A stretch of DNA of 63,642 nucleotides, filler included, from Chiloscyllium plagiosum (Eukaryota): assembly GCF_004010195.1 (NCBI RefSeq). It is 5 parts of one record of this genome, joined end to end, with 100 filler letters (N's around TTAATTAATTAA, not from the genome) between each part and the next. Parts side by side here need not be neighbours in the genome. Positions count along the whole stretch, not along the records: positions 1 to 18,467 come from NC_057710.1; positions 18,568 to 26,679 come from NC_057710.1; 3 more parts are not named here. One strand, 5' to 3'. The translations under genes were made by a program, and so were the position numbers. This document shows positions 13,352 through 25,761 of this stretch, in pieces. The notes under the pieces were generated by a model, which made no database searches, had not been told where the DNA came from, and worked only from the letters and a program-made list of their open reading frames with translations. How positions within the stretch are numbered: the first letter of the stretch is position 1; the number at the start of each line of letters is the position of its first letter.

Positions 13352-13654
13352 TTATTTCTGGATTATTGTTGTATTTATGGCAGGATTTGAACTCAGGACC
13401 CCAGAACGTGACCTGGGTTTCTGGATTAATAGATCAGCGATAATGCCATTGCCTCGTGTGTGTAAAAAAAAGACCCCAAGAAGAACTAAGAATTGGAGCA
13501 GTTTAGCATATGACCATCCTTGCTGAGTTATGGGTTTTGAATCTCATCCAATGGCCTCCCTTTGTCTCAGAAGTGGAGAGGTAAGTGGGCAAGTTATGTA
13601 TTGATTCCTCAGAAAAACATGCAATTACCAACTTCTCTTTTTTTTGAAATTCAG

Positions 13655-13811
13655 CCTATTGAAACATTGCAAAAAACACCACTATCTGGAAAAGCAAGGT
13701 GAAATGTTTGTTACCTTGGTAACTGGCCTGCTGGAAAGGCTGCTGGACTACAGGACTGTAATGAATGATGAAAACCAGGCCCACAGCATGAGCTGCACCG
13801 TAAACCTGTTG
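13655..13811 (+). CDS. dock2-like: Internal coding exon (157 nt) of a DOCK-A family (DOCK1/2/5-type) Rac guanine nucleotide exchange factor, at the start of the DHR2 region
   Basis: Acceptor acttctcttttttttgaaattcAG ends at 13654 and donor GTAAGT starts at 13812. One nt plus 52 open codons give LLKHCKKHHYLEKQGEMFVTLVTGLLERLLDYRTVMNDENQAHSMSCTVNLL, matching the recalled DOCK1/2/5 motif LLE(R/K/N)LLDYR..M.DE....MSCTVN(V/L)L. Family assignment is confident; the paralogue assignment is less so. Confidence 0.93.
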
Positions 13812-15019
13812 GTAAGTGACTAAACACATTGTTGAGTTAAATCTGAATCAGCACTCTTCAGCTGAAAGGCTTTCATAGTGAGGAAGGAAGTTACTTGTCT
13901 GCACAGTACTTACACAAGAGATTGCTCTTTAAAGATATAGTTACTGCATCACAAGATAGCTACAGATAAAAGTAATCAATTTGCCATCTTTGGAATATGC
14001 CAAAATACTGGATTAGTCATTCGGTAAACTTGACAATGATCTGGAGATATGTATTCAAATCTCAGCAAAGCAACTAGGGATTTAAATTCTGTAGCACTTT
14101 CGAAAGACTGTAATGTTTCACTTTTAGCTTATTTCTTTATTTTTAACGCTAGGAATTACTATAATGTTCCCTTTTAATTTTTTAGTTTCTTTCTACCTGG
14201 TTCTTATGATTCTGTACCAAGGTACTTGTATCTAAGATGGGGCTTTGTGTGGCGACATGATACACTTTTCACTATACTTCAGTACTTTTGTACTTGAGTA
14301 TACATGACAATAAAAATCTAAATCTAAATAAATCAGTTTTTATTCTCCTGACATCCTTGCTTCTGCGGAAGAGGCAGACAAACCCCTTTCTTCAGTGAAC
14401 TAAAGACGCCATTCCGTGAGACACAGGTTCTTCCACAAGTGCTGCACATGAGGCTGACAAATGTTCGGCACATCATGGGCCGAAGGGCCTGTTCTGTGCT
14501 GTATTGTTCTATGTTCTAAGTCTTGGTGCGGGCTTGACATTGGATTTGCTGTTGTTCATTTGTTGCCAAGCCTCTGTAGCCACTAGTCATCATGGTGACT
14601 CACTCTGACCCCATCAGCTGATGATCTCACAGGCAGCAATCAATCTTTAGGACCTTTATGTCCTTGCAAACCTCCTGAAAGCAGAGCTTATCGTTGTTCT
14701 TAAACTGGACAAAACATCATATAAAGAATTTCAGGGAGCACTAGGATGGAATACGGTACTCTTAACGGTTCCAAAATCTCCTTCATCTTAAGTACAGGAA
14801 TGATGGTAGAGACTTCAACCCCATATTTAGAAATCACTTGGATTTGCATATAAAGTCATGGAACTGACTGGAAAGTAGGACTTACTTCGACTGATACATG
14901 ACTGGCCTTCGCTGAGCTCTTAATATTGCTTCCAAGTCTTTATATTTGATACCTGATTTGTAAAATGTTGAAATTTAACATTTTGTCTTTTTATTTCGGA
15001 ACACCAAGACCTAAATTTG

Positions 15020-15572
15020 ATTTGCTTTGATTTTATTATTGTCACATACTGAGGTACAGTGAAAAATATTGCGTTATGGGCTGACCAAGCAAATCATACC
15101 TTACATGAGTACATCAGGGTAATAGAACAGAATGTAGAATATAATGTTACAGCTCCAGAGAAAGATCAGTTCTGATATATGAGATGTCCATTCATAAGTC
15201 TGATAATAGCTGGGAAGAAGCTGTTCTTGAATCTGTTGGTACATGGTTTCAAATTTTTGTATCTTCTGCCCGATGGAAGAGGATGGAAGAGAAAGTAGGC
15301 AGGGAGGGGTCATTTCCTACTGCCTTGGGAGTAATCAATGTAGATAGAACCAGGGGATGGAAGGCTGGTTTACCTGATGAACTGGGCTGTGTTCACAACT
15401 CTTTGTAATTTCTCGCGATTTTGGGCAGAGCAGTTCCCATACCAAGCCATGATGTATGTGGATAGGATGCTTTCTATGGTGCACCTACAAAAGTTGGTAA
15501 GAGTCATTGTGGACATGCTGAATTTCCTTAGCCTCCTGAGGAAGTAGAGGTGTTGTGTGTTTTCTTGATGTA
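15020..15572 (-). mobile_element. Rex1/Babar LINE 3' fragment
   Basis: ORF 15370-15591(-) gives QHLYFLRRLRKFSMSTMTLTNFCRCTIESIL…WYGNCSAQ. Further copies at 8770-9015(-), 12040-12490(+) and a 3' UTR at about 14090-14335(+). Confidence 0.82.
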
Positions 15573-15911
15573 GCAGTAGTGGCATTGCCACTTGAAGAAT
15601 TCCTTTTTGCCTAAATTAGCAAATCCCTTTATTTATATTAGAATAGTAAACAGTTTAGTTTGCTGCAGGATTCCCTCTTCCAGGACACTGCCTGCTGAAT
15701 CATTTATTTTTGCCAACCATTAATAAAACAGTTTAGGTTGGATGAATCACCCTGACATTTATTGCTTATTATCATATTTGTTCTGTGAGCCTTTTTCTAA
15801 TTACAATTAAAAATGATTCATTTTAAATATTTAGCTGAAGTTTGTGCTCATTAAGTTGAGACATGCCAATGGTAAGGAGTGGAAAGAGAGGGAGAAAGGG
15901 GGAGAGAAAGA

Positions 15912-17560
15912 TTAAGAACAAAGAACAAAGAAAATTACAGCACAAAGACAGGCCCTTTGCCCTCCAAGCCTGTGGTGATCCAAATCCTTTATCCAAACCT
16001 TTTGCCTATTTTCTATAGGTCTGTATCCCTCTGCTCCCTGCCCATTCATGTATCTGTCTAGGTACATCTTAAGTAACGCTATCATGCCCACCGCTACCAC
16101 CTCCGCTAGCAACACCTAAAGAACTTTCCATATATATCTCCCTTAAACTTTACCCCTCTCACCTTGAACTTGTGACCCCTAGTAATTGAGTCCCCCACTC
16201 CGGGAAAAACCTTCTTGCTATCCACCTGTCTATACCTCTCATGATTTTGTAGACTTCAATCAGGTTCCCTCCTCAACCATTGTCTTTCTAATAAAAATAA
16301 TCCTAATCTACTCAACCTTTCTTCATAGCTAGTGCCCTCCATACCAGGCAACATCCTGGTGAACCTCCTCTGCACTGTCTCCAAAGTTTCCACATCCTTT
16401 TGGTAATGTGGTGACCAGAACTGTATGTAGCGACGCAGTTAACAATAACACCTCCATGGCAATATTTAACATTCCTGGATCACATGATTCCAAAAAAGAA
16501 TTGGATCCTTTCCTGGAATGTTGGCAAGGCCAGCATTTGTTGCCCATCCCTAATTACCCTTGAACTGAGTGGCTGGCTGAGCCATGTCAATGGACACTTA
16601 AGAGTCAACCACATGGGTGGTGATTTGGAGACTCGTAGAATGCACCAGGTGAAGAAGGTGGATTTCCATCCCTAAAGAGCAGTGGGAAAATACACAAGGA
16701 GTTTTCAACAACTGATGATATTTTCAGATCACCATTACCACCAGAAGGTTTTCTAATCACAGGTTAGATGGATTGGCCATGCTAAATTGCTGGAAGTGTC
16801 CAGGGATGTGCAAGTTAAGTGGATTAGCCATGGAAATGCAGGGATACAGGGATAGCGTAGGGGTGTGTGTCTGGGTGGGCTGCTCTACAAAGGGTCAATA
16901 TGGACTCAATGGATTGAATGGCCTGCTTCCACATTGTAGGGATCCTATGATAATCCTGACTCTTATGAAATGAAGTGATATCCTGACAGTTTCCCAGCAA
17001 TGATTTGAGCCTGGTATTATTGTCGATGCTCGTATTAATAATTCCATTGTTATGACCATTACCTTGAGGAGTTAAACACTTACTATAGGAAAGAGGTTTC
17101 GAAGTCTGAAAAGGTTCAGAAATGATTTACAAGGATGTTGCCATGGTTGGAGAGTTTAAGTTATAGGGACAGGCTGAATAAACTGGGGCTATTTTCGCTG
17201 GAGCACTGGAGACTGAGCGGTGATTTTATAAAATCATGAGGGGCATAGATCGGGTGAATAGACAAGGTCTTTTCCCAGGATAGGAGTCCAAAGCCAGAGA
17301 GCAGAGGCTTTATGTGAAAAGGGAAAAATTTAAAATAGACCTAAGTGGGCACACAGAGGCTGGTGTGTGTCAGAGGAAGTTGTGGAGGCTGATACAATTG
17401 CAACATTTAAATAGACATATGGATGGGTGCATGAACAGGAAGGTTTTAGAGGGATAAGGGCCAAATGCCAGCAAATGGGACAAGATATCTGGTCAGCATG
17501 GACAAGTTAGACCAAAGAGTCTGTTTCTGTGTTGTACAGCTCGATGGTTGATCTCTATCA
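15912..17560. mobile_element. CR1 3' fragments (15912-16430 minus; 17105-17560 plus) and an HE1 3' half (16765-16950)
   Basis: Same RT C-terminal and 3' UTR motifs as the other CR1 copies. Confidence 0.8.
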
Positions 17561-17624
17561 AGCCTTGACATGATTCCAGATTCATTTAACACCCTCACTC
17601 AAGAAAAGTCTATGAAGGAAAGGA

Positions 17625-18467
17625 TTCTGGCTAATCCAAGATGGAGGATGGGAAAAATTTCTGGCTATAAGAGCTGCTCCTTTTTTTGAGGTATTTTAGT
17701 TGCTGGAGGTGATTTCCTCGAATTCCAGGAGCAGCAATTACTGTTTTATATGCTGTTGCATTGTTTTGGAACTTTGGAAAAAAAAGTCAAAACAACAGCA
17801 GTTTTAAAAGGGAGAAGAGCAGGCAAAGGAAGCATATGGTGAGGACAGTGCAGGAGAGAGAGAGAGAGAACACCTGCACAGTTACTGCCTTTGCTGTTTT
17901 TGAATTCGTGTGTCGCTGGACATCGGAGTGCATCTGGGAAAATTAACAAACAGTGAATTTCACAACTAACCTTGGAGGAACTGGCTTGGGCGAAGTTCAC
18001 AACACAGAATAGATAAGTTAATTGTTGTTTTAAGTACTAGATTGGGTTGGGATATCTGGTTGGCAAGGACAGGTTGGATCGAAGGGTCTATTTCCATGCT
18101 GTACATCTCTGTGACTCTATGACTCTATAAGTCTGTCCAAGAGAAAGGCTGTATTAGTGAGTACAGTGGACTCTTTCTTGATTATATGTTTTTGGAGATA
18201 AGTCTCTTGATTAAACTTAAAATATCAGCCATAGCTCTTAATTTAACCTGGTGCAGTGTTTTGTAGAGGAATAAAACGGTGTTATTTTCTGGGTCTGTAG
18301 ATTGTGAAGGGTTGTTTTCTGACTGGAGGCCTGTGACCAGTGGAGTGCCACAAGGATCAGTGCTGGGTCCTCTACTTTTTGTCATTTACATAAATGATTT
18401 GGATGCGAGCATAAGAGGTACAGTTAGTAAGTTTGCAGATGACACCAAAATTGGAGGTGTAGTGGAC
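17625..18467 (+). mobile_element. Probable CR1 5' UTR joined directly to ORF2 RT (internal deletion), with a 92-bp CR1 tail nested at 18036-18127
   Basis: Starts with caagatgg (YY1-like) and a (GA)n tract, then switches at about 18310 to [25 protein letters not shown]…KFADDTK. The nested tail has TSD taagt at 18031-18035 and 18128-18132. Confidence 0.55.
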
Positions 18468-18567
18468 NNNNNNNNNNNNNNNNNNNNNNNNNNNNNNNNN
18501 NNNNNNNNNNNTTAATTAATTAANNNNNNNNNNNNNNNNNNNNNNNNNNNNNNNNNNNNNNNNNNNN
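18468..18567. other. Artificial scaffold spacer 44N-TTAATTAATTAA-44N (also 26680-26779, 37908-38007, 42358-42457)
   Basis: Identical 100-bp structure occurs four times; the linker places stops in all six frames. Plain gaps lie at 56959-57602 and 58580-58690. Confidence 0.97.
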
Positions 18568-19245
18568 GCCAGATTCACCTGCACCTCCACACACATCATC
18601 TATTGCATCCTCTGCACCCGATGTGGCCTCCTCTATATTGGGGAGACAGGCCGGCTACTTGCGGAGCGTTTCAGAGAACACGTCTGGGACACCAGGACCA
18701 ACCAACCCAACCACCCTGTGGCTCAACACTTCAACTCCCCCTCCCACTCCACCAAGGATATGCAGGTCTTTGGACTCCTCCATCGCCAGACCACAACAAA
18801 ACGACGATTGGAGGAAGAGCGCCTCATCTTCCGCCAAGGAACCCTCCAACTACAAGGGATGAACTCGGATTTCACCAGTTTCCTCATTTCCCCTCCCCCC
18901 ACCTTGTCTCAGTCAAATCCATCGAACTCAGCACCGCCTTCCTAACCTGAATCTTCTTCCTGACCTCTCCGCCCCCACACCAGTCTGACCTCTCACCCTC
19001 ACCTTGACCTCTTTTCACCTATCGCCTTTCTGACGCCCCTCCCCCAAGTCCCTCCTCCCTACCTTTTATCTTAGCCTGCTGGACAAACTTTCCTCATTCC
19101 TGAAGAAGGGCTTATGCACAAAATGTCGATTCTCCTGTTCCTTGGACGCTGCCTGACCTGCTGCGCTTTTCCAGCAACACATTTTCTTTTCCAGCAACAC
19201 ATTTTCAGCTCTGATCTCCAGCATCTGCAGACCTCACTTTCTCCT
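18568..19245 (+). mobile_element. Penelope-like element (family A) 3' part: GIY-YIG domain plus 3' terminus
   Basis: FTCTSTHIIYCILCTRCGLLYIGETGRLLAERFREH...AQHFNSPSHS...EEERLIFRQGTLQLQGMN, followed by ctgaagaagggcttatgcac and the shared tail ctccagcatctgcagacctcactttctc. Confidence 0.88.
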
Positions 19246-19734
19246 AGGAGCAGAATTAGATCATTCAGCCCATCGAATCTGCTCCACCATTCCATCATGG
19301 TTGGTATGTTTCTCAAACTCATTCTCCTACCTTCTCCCCATAACCTTTGATCCCCTTATTAATCAAGAACTTTTTAATTAATGCATTCGTGGGATTTTGG
19401 TATTGCTGGCTGGTGAGGATATTTTTGCCCATTCCTAGTTGTCCTTAGTAACATGGTACTGAGCTGCCTTGTTGAATTGCTGCAGTCCACCTGCTATGGA
19501 TTGACCTACAAAGACATTAAGGAGTGAATTCCAGTATTTTGGCCCAAACTTTGTCTTAAATTTACTCAATGACATGGCCTCCACAGCCCTCTGTTGTAAT
19601 GAGTTTCATGGATTCACCACCTTCTGGCTGAAGAAATTCTTCCTCATCTCAGTTCTAAAGGGTCATCCCTTCACTCTGAGGTGTAAGGACTCTGCCCCCA
19701 CAGCTCTCTGTAGCAAGGAGTTCCAAAGACTCAA

Positions 19735-20885
19735 GTCTGCTGATGACATCCCTGTTGTACATCAGATCTCAAACAACAAAGAGACCGAATACAGGAAAGT
19801 GATTGAGTGCTTAGCGGTATGTTGTAAAGGCAACAATCTCTCCATCAATGTCAGCAAAATGAAGGAGCTGGTCATTGACTTTAGGAAGCAGAGTGGAGGG
19901 CTCGCCCTCTGTCTGTATCAATGGTGCTGAGGTGGAGATGGTCGAAAGCTTCAAGTTTCTGGGAATGATCACCAACAATCTGTCCTGGTCCATCCACGTC
20001 GACGTCAATAAAGCACAACAATGCTTGAACTTCTCTGGGAGGCTAAGGAAATTCAGCATGTCCACAAGAACTCTTATCAATTTTTGGAGATGCAACACTG
20101 AAAACATCCTATCTGGATGCATCACAGCTTGGTATGGCAACTGCTCTGCCCAAGCCATAAGGAACCATACACAGTTGTGAACACAGCCCAGTCCATCACG
20201 CAAGCCAGCCTTCCACCTATTGGCTCCATCTATACTTCCAGCTATCTCAGGAAAGCAACCAACATAATCAAAGACCCCTCCCACCCCGGTTATACTCTCT
20301 TCCACCCTCTTCCATCGAGCAGAAGATGCAAATGTTTGAAAACACGCATGAATGGATTCAAAAACAGCTCCTTCCTCACTGTTATCAGACTTTTGAACAG
20401 AGTTCTCAAATGTCAATTCTGACTTCTCTCTCTCTCTAGCACTGCTGCCTCACAGCGCCAGAGACCCAGGTTCAATTCCCGCCTCAGGCGACTGACTGTG
20501 TGGAGTTTGCACATTCTTCCCGTGTCTGCGTGGGTTTCCTCCGGGTGCTCCGGTTTCCTCCCACAGTCCAAAGATGTGCAGGTCAGGTGAATTGGCCATG
20601 CTAAATTGTCCGTAATGTTAGGTAAGAGGTACATGTAGGGGTATGGGTGGGTTGCGCTTCGGCGGGGCAGTGTGGACTTGATGGGCCGAAGGGCCTGTTT
20701 CCACACTGTAAGTAATCTAAATCTAAATCTCTCTCTCTGTGCCTTCTCTGTCGCTATAACACTGCATTCTGCAATCTGTTCTGCTACCTTGATGCACTTT
20801 GTATGGTACAATCTGTCTGTATAGTGTGGAAAACAACACTTTTCACTGTATTGCAGTACATGTGACATCAATCAATCAATCAACA
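19735..20885 (+). mobile_element. Rex1/Babar LINE 3' portion (RT end plus 3' UTR)
   Basis: ADD…LSINVSKMKELVIDFRK…VESFKFLG…KAQQCL.F.GRLRKF…ILSGCITAWYGNCS…NIIKDPSHPG…FKNSSF; ends in (aatc)n. Confidence 0.85.
20437..20730 (+). mobile_element. HE1-type SINE nested in a (CT)n tract of a Rex1 3' UTR
   Basis: HE1 body flanked by ctctctct on both sides. Confidence 0.9.
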
Positions 20886-21731
20886 TTCTGAGAGAAAATA
20901 ATTCCTCCACAACTCGGTGTTATATTGATGCCTCTTTGTTCTGAAGCTCTGCCCTCTGGTTCTGGTCTCTCCCATGAGTGGAAACGCCCTCTCAGCATTA
21001 ACCCTGTCAGGTCCATTAAGAATCTTGTATATTTCAATGAGATCACCTCTTAACTCCAGTGAGTACAGTCCCCAACTTGTTTAGCCTTTGCTCATAAAAT
21101 AACCCCTCCACACTGGGGATCATCCTTGGGAACCCTCTCTCGACTACCTCCAGTGAAATTGTATAGATTCATACAGTCATAGAGATGTACAGCACGGAAA
21201 CAGACTCTCTGGTCCAACTCGTCCATGCCGACCAGATATCCCAACCTAATTTAGTTCCATTTGCCAGCACTATGGCCCATATCCCTTTAAACGCTTCCTA
21301 TTCATAAACCCATCCAGATGACTTTTAAATATTGTAATTGTACTAGCCTCCACCACTTTCTCTGGCAACTCCTTCCATATACGCACCACCCTCTGCATGA
21401 AAACGTTGTCCCTTATGTCCCTTTTAAATCGTTTCCCCCTCTCACACTAAAGCTATCCCCTCTAGTTCTGGACTCGCCCACCCCAGGGAAAGGACCTTGT
21501 CTATTTATCCTATCCATGCCTTTCATGATTTTATAAACCTCTATAAGGTCATCCCTCAGCCTCCGACACTCCAGGGAAAACACCCCCAACCTATTCAGCC
21601 TCTCCGTATAGCTCAAACCCTACAACCCTGGCAACACCCTTGCAAATACTATCTGCACCCTTGCAAGTTTCACAGCAACTTTCCTACATCTTTTAACTAA
21701 GCGGACCAAAACTGCTCACAGTACCTTATTT

Positions 21732-22062
21732 TTAGAATCCTGGCAGTGTGGAAACAGGCCCTTCGGCCCAACAAGTCCACACTGACTCTTTGAACAGTAA
21801 CTCACCCAATCCCATTCTCCTACATTTCCCCCTGACTAACGCACCCAAACTACACATCCCTGAATGCTGTGGATAATTTAGCATGGCCAATCCACCTAAC
21901 CTGCACATCTTTGGGGAGGGAACCGGAGCACCTGGAGGATACCCACACAAATACAGGGAGAATGTGCAAACTCCACACAGACAGTTGCCCGAGAATGGAA
22001 TCAAACCCAGGTACCTAGTGCTGTGAGGCAGCAGTGCTAACCACTGAGCCACCGTGCAACCC
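21732..22062 (-). mobile_element. HE1-type SINE
   Basis: Reverse-complement HE1 head gcagtgctaaccactgagccaccgtgc and tail gtgtggaaacaggcccttcggccc. Confidence 0.88.
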
Positions 22063-22232
22063 CAAACTTACGTTTGTGTGCCAACACACTGGGAGACCAC
22101 CTAAGTTGCTGTCCTGGTAAAGTGTCAATCACCTGATTAACATACTTGCTGTTAAACTCTGTCCCAGACAGTTCGCCATTCACTGCCTGAAATCCAAGTT
22201 GCCTTTTCATTGCCTTTCTGTAAACTGGTTAG

Positions 22233-22252
22233 CTACTGCCACCTGCTGGCGC
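22233..22252 (-). promoter_or_regulatory. CTCF consensus motif
   Basis: Minus strand gcgCCAGCAGGTGGCAGtag matches CCASYAGRKGGCRS exactly, in non-repeat-looking DNA. Confidence 0.5.
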
Positions 22253-22977
22253 TTTCTCCAGTACGACAACTCCTTCTGTGGGCTACCTACAGTCGGTGCT
22301 AACCTGACCTCTCACATTCAACAGCCACATTTCACAATAATCCCATCTAATAGTTGAATCCCACAACTCAAAATTTTGCTGTAGCATGATCCAGCAATTT
22401 TAATCTTCTCCAAAATTTCAGTGTGAACGCACTAAAGCTAAGTCTGAGGATGACATAGCCGGAGGTGGAAAGTGAACGGTGAGGATGTCATTGAATCTGC
22501 AGAGGGACAGGGACGGGTTAAATGATTGGGTTAAAGCTTGACAGGTGGAATATAATGTGGGAAAAATGTGAAGTGATATATTTTGGCTGGACGAATAGGG
22601 GTAGCTCAGTGGTAAGCACTGCTGCCTCACATGTGTGTCCTGGTGATGTGTCATTCAAGTGAAATACTTGCTGTTAAACTCTGGGATCAGTGTTGGGATC
22701 ACAATTATTCACAATTTACATAGATAATTTGGAGCTGGGGACTACTAAGATGAGTGGTAGAGCAAAGTGCAGAGAACTGTGAAACTTTTCAGATGGACAT
22801 AGTTAGTTTAAGTGAGTGGGAAAAGATCTGGCAGGTGGGGTACAATGTTAATAAATGTGAAGTCATCCATAAAGAGGATTATGACTTGAATGGTAAACAA
22901 TTGCAACGCGCTGTTAAGCAGAGGGACTAGGTGTCCTTGTGCATGAATCACAGAAGGTTAGTCTGCAGTTTTGCCTT

Positions 22978-24575
22978 GATTAGATTCCCTGCAGTGTGAA
23001 AACAGGCCCTTTGGCCCAACTAGTCCACAATGACCCTCTAATGAGTAACCCATCCAGACCCACCCCCCTGACTAATGCACCTAACTGTATGGGCCATTTA
23101 ACATGACCAATTCACCTAACCTGCACATCTTTGGACTGTGGGAGGAAACCCACGCAGACACGGGGAGAATGTGCAAACTCCACACAGATACTTGCCCGAG
23201 GACTGGAATTGAACCTGGGACCCTGGTGCTGTGAGGCAGCAGTGCTAACCACTGAGCTACGATGCCACCCGAAAGAGGTAATTAAGAAGGCAAATGGAAT
23301 TTTATCCTTCATTGCTAAAGGGATTGAATTTAAAAGCAGGGAGGTCGTGCTGCAGCTGTACAGGGTGCTGGTGAGGCCACACCTGGAGTACTGTGCGCAG
23401 TTTTGGTCTCCTTACTTGAGAAAGGATGTATTGGCACTGGAGGGGGTGCAGAGGAGGTTCACTGGGTTGATTTCAGAGTTGAGAGGGTTGGCTTATGAGA
23501 AGAGATTGAGTAGACTGGGTCTGTACTCATTGGAATTTAGAAGAATGAGGGGGGATCTTATAGAAACATATAAAATTATGAAGGAAGTAGACAAGATAGA
23601 CGTGGAGAGGATGTTTCCACTGGCAGGTGAAACTAGGACATGAGGGCATAGCCTCAAGGTTAGAGGGAGCAGATTTAGGACTGAATTGAGAAAGAACTTC
23701 TTCACCCAGAGGGTTGTGAATCTGTGAGATTCTCTACCCAGTGAAGTGGTTGAGGCTGCCTCAGCAAATGTTTTTAAAGCTAAGATAGATGGTGGGCGGC
23801 ATGGTGGCATAGTGGTTAGCACTGTTGCCTCACAGCGCCAGAGACCCACGTTCAATTCCCGCCTCAGGCGACTGACTGTGTGGAGTTTGCACATTCTCCC
23901 CGTGTCTGCGTGGGTTTCCTCCGGGTGCTCCGGTTTCCTCCCACAGTCCAAAAAGTGCAGGTTAGGTGAATTGGCCATGCTAAATTGCCCGTAGTGTTAG
24001 GTGAAGGGGTAAATGTAGGGGAATGGGTCTGGGTGGGTTATGCTTCAGCGGGTCAGTGTGAACTTGTTGGGCTGAAGGGCCTGTTTCCACACTGTAAGTA
24101 ATCTAAACCAATAGATAATTTTTTAAACTGTAAAGGAATGAAAGGTTGCAGTGAGTGGGTGGGTAAGTGGAGCTGAGTCCACGAAAAGATCAGCCATGAT
24201 CTTATTGAACGGCAGAGCGGGCTCGAGGGGCCAGATGGCCTACTCCTGCTCCTGGTTGTTATGTTTTTATGTTCTCACAGCACTGGGGACCTGGGTTTGA
24301 TTCCGCCCTTGGGCGACTGTCTGTGTGCAGTTTGCACGTTCTCCCTGTGTTGGTGAGGGTTTCCTCCAGGGGTACTGGTATTTCTCCCACAGTCCAAAGA
24401 CGTGCAGGTTCGGTGGATTGGCCATGGTAAAATGCCCATAGTGTCCAGTCTAGGTGGGTTAGCTATGGGAAATGCAGGTATACAGGGGTAGGGGAGGTCT
24501 GATTGGGATGCTCTTCAAAGGGTTGATATGGACTCAATGGGTTGAATGGCCTGCTTCCACACATTAGTGATTCTA
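22978..24575. mobile_element. Three HE1 SINEs nested in or adjacent to a CR1 (22978-23270 minus; 23794-24106 plus with atagat TSD; 24273-24575 plus)
   Basis: HE1 heads and tails interrupt a CR1 ORF2/3' UTR that is otherwise continuous. Confidence 0.85.
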
Positions 24576-24891
24576 GGAAGAATAGAGGAGTTGAATATTA
24601 TTTAAATAACATTTAAAAAGCTTCAGAGAGCTATGACGCAGACTGATTTCAGGGCAGTTAATAGCTGCTAAGTTACACCAGCTCACCAGTTAATAGCAGA
24701 TGCAAATGGAAGGTTGGCCTTTAATTCAAAGGGAATTAAATATAAAAGTAGGAAGGTTTTGCTAAAATTGTACAAGGCACTCGTCAGACCACAGCTGGAA
24801 TACTGAAGTGTTTTGGAGCCCTTATTGATGGAAAGATATACTGGTATTGGAGGTGGTCCACAGAAGGTTCACTGGGCTGATATCAAATATG

Positions 24892-25029
24892 ATTAGAGAG
24901 GTGTTGGAAAAAGCACAGCAGGTCAGGCAGCATCGGAGGAGCAGGAAAATCGATGTTTCAGGCAAAAGCCCTTCATCTACTACTCTAATCTTGATTCTAA
25001 CCTCCAGCATCTGCAGTACCCACTTCTCC
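24892..25029. mobile_element. Short PLE-derived insertion in a CR1, with degenerate 15-bp TSD
   Basis: ctgatatcaaatatg (24877-24891) versus ctggtatcagatatg (25030-25044). Confidence 0.75.
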
Positions 25030-25594
25030 CTGGTATCAGATATGGAGGACTGTCCTATGAGGAGTGGTTGAGTAGCCTGGGCTTGAACTCATTAGAGTTT
25101 ATTGAGAGATGACCTTAATAAAACATACAGTACTCTTAGGGGACTTGACAGGGTAGATGTGGAAAGGTTGTATCCCCTTGTGGGGGAATCCAGCACCAGA
25201 GGGTATAGTCTCAGAATAAGCGGTTGCAATTTTAAAACAGAGATGAGGAGGAATTGCTTCTCTCAGAGTATTGTGAATTTGTGAATGTCAAGGCTGTATC
25301 ATTAAGCATATTCGAGGCTGAGATAGACACATTTTCAATCATTAAGGGAATCAAGGGTTATAGCAAAAGGCAGGAAAATGAAGTTGAGGATTATCAGATC
25401 AACCATGATCTCATTGAATGAAGGTACAGACTCAATGGGCTGAATGGCCTATTTCTGTTCTTATAACACGGTCTAAAACAGTCAATTTACATAGAATAGG
25501 CAATAGGTTAATGGTCAGAGAATACTGGAAGGGACTGAAGAGAACACTTGACCAAGAATTACGATGAAATCTCCAAGACTCTCTTTAGAGAGAA

Positions 25595-25625
<31 letters not shown>

Positions 25626-25761
25626 GAGAGAGCAGGTGGGATGGTGTAAAATGCAGTAGAATGGAAAATGGAGATGATGTATCCTTTTGTGTTGATTCAT
25701 TCATGTGGTGTGTGCATGGCGGGCTGGACCAGCATTTGTTACCCTGGAGAAGGTGGCGGTA

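Larger units (their letters stand above)
20885..25470. mobile_element. Cluster of CR1 fragments (20885-21725 minus; 22430-24275 plus; 24575-25470 plus)
   Basis: ORF 23131-23643 gives KKANGILSFIAKGIEFKSREVVLQLYRVLVRPHLEYCAQFWSPY…, with similar motifs in the other pieces. Confidence 0.85.

Noticed and set aside
18512..18523. Recurrent palindromic TTAATTAATTAA motif (4 times)
   Set aside because: Always centred in 44N+44N; it is an artificial six-frame-stop scaffold linker, not biological.
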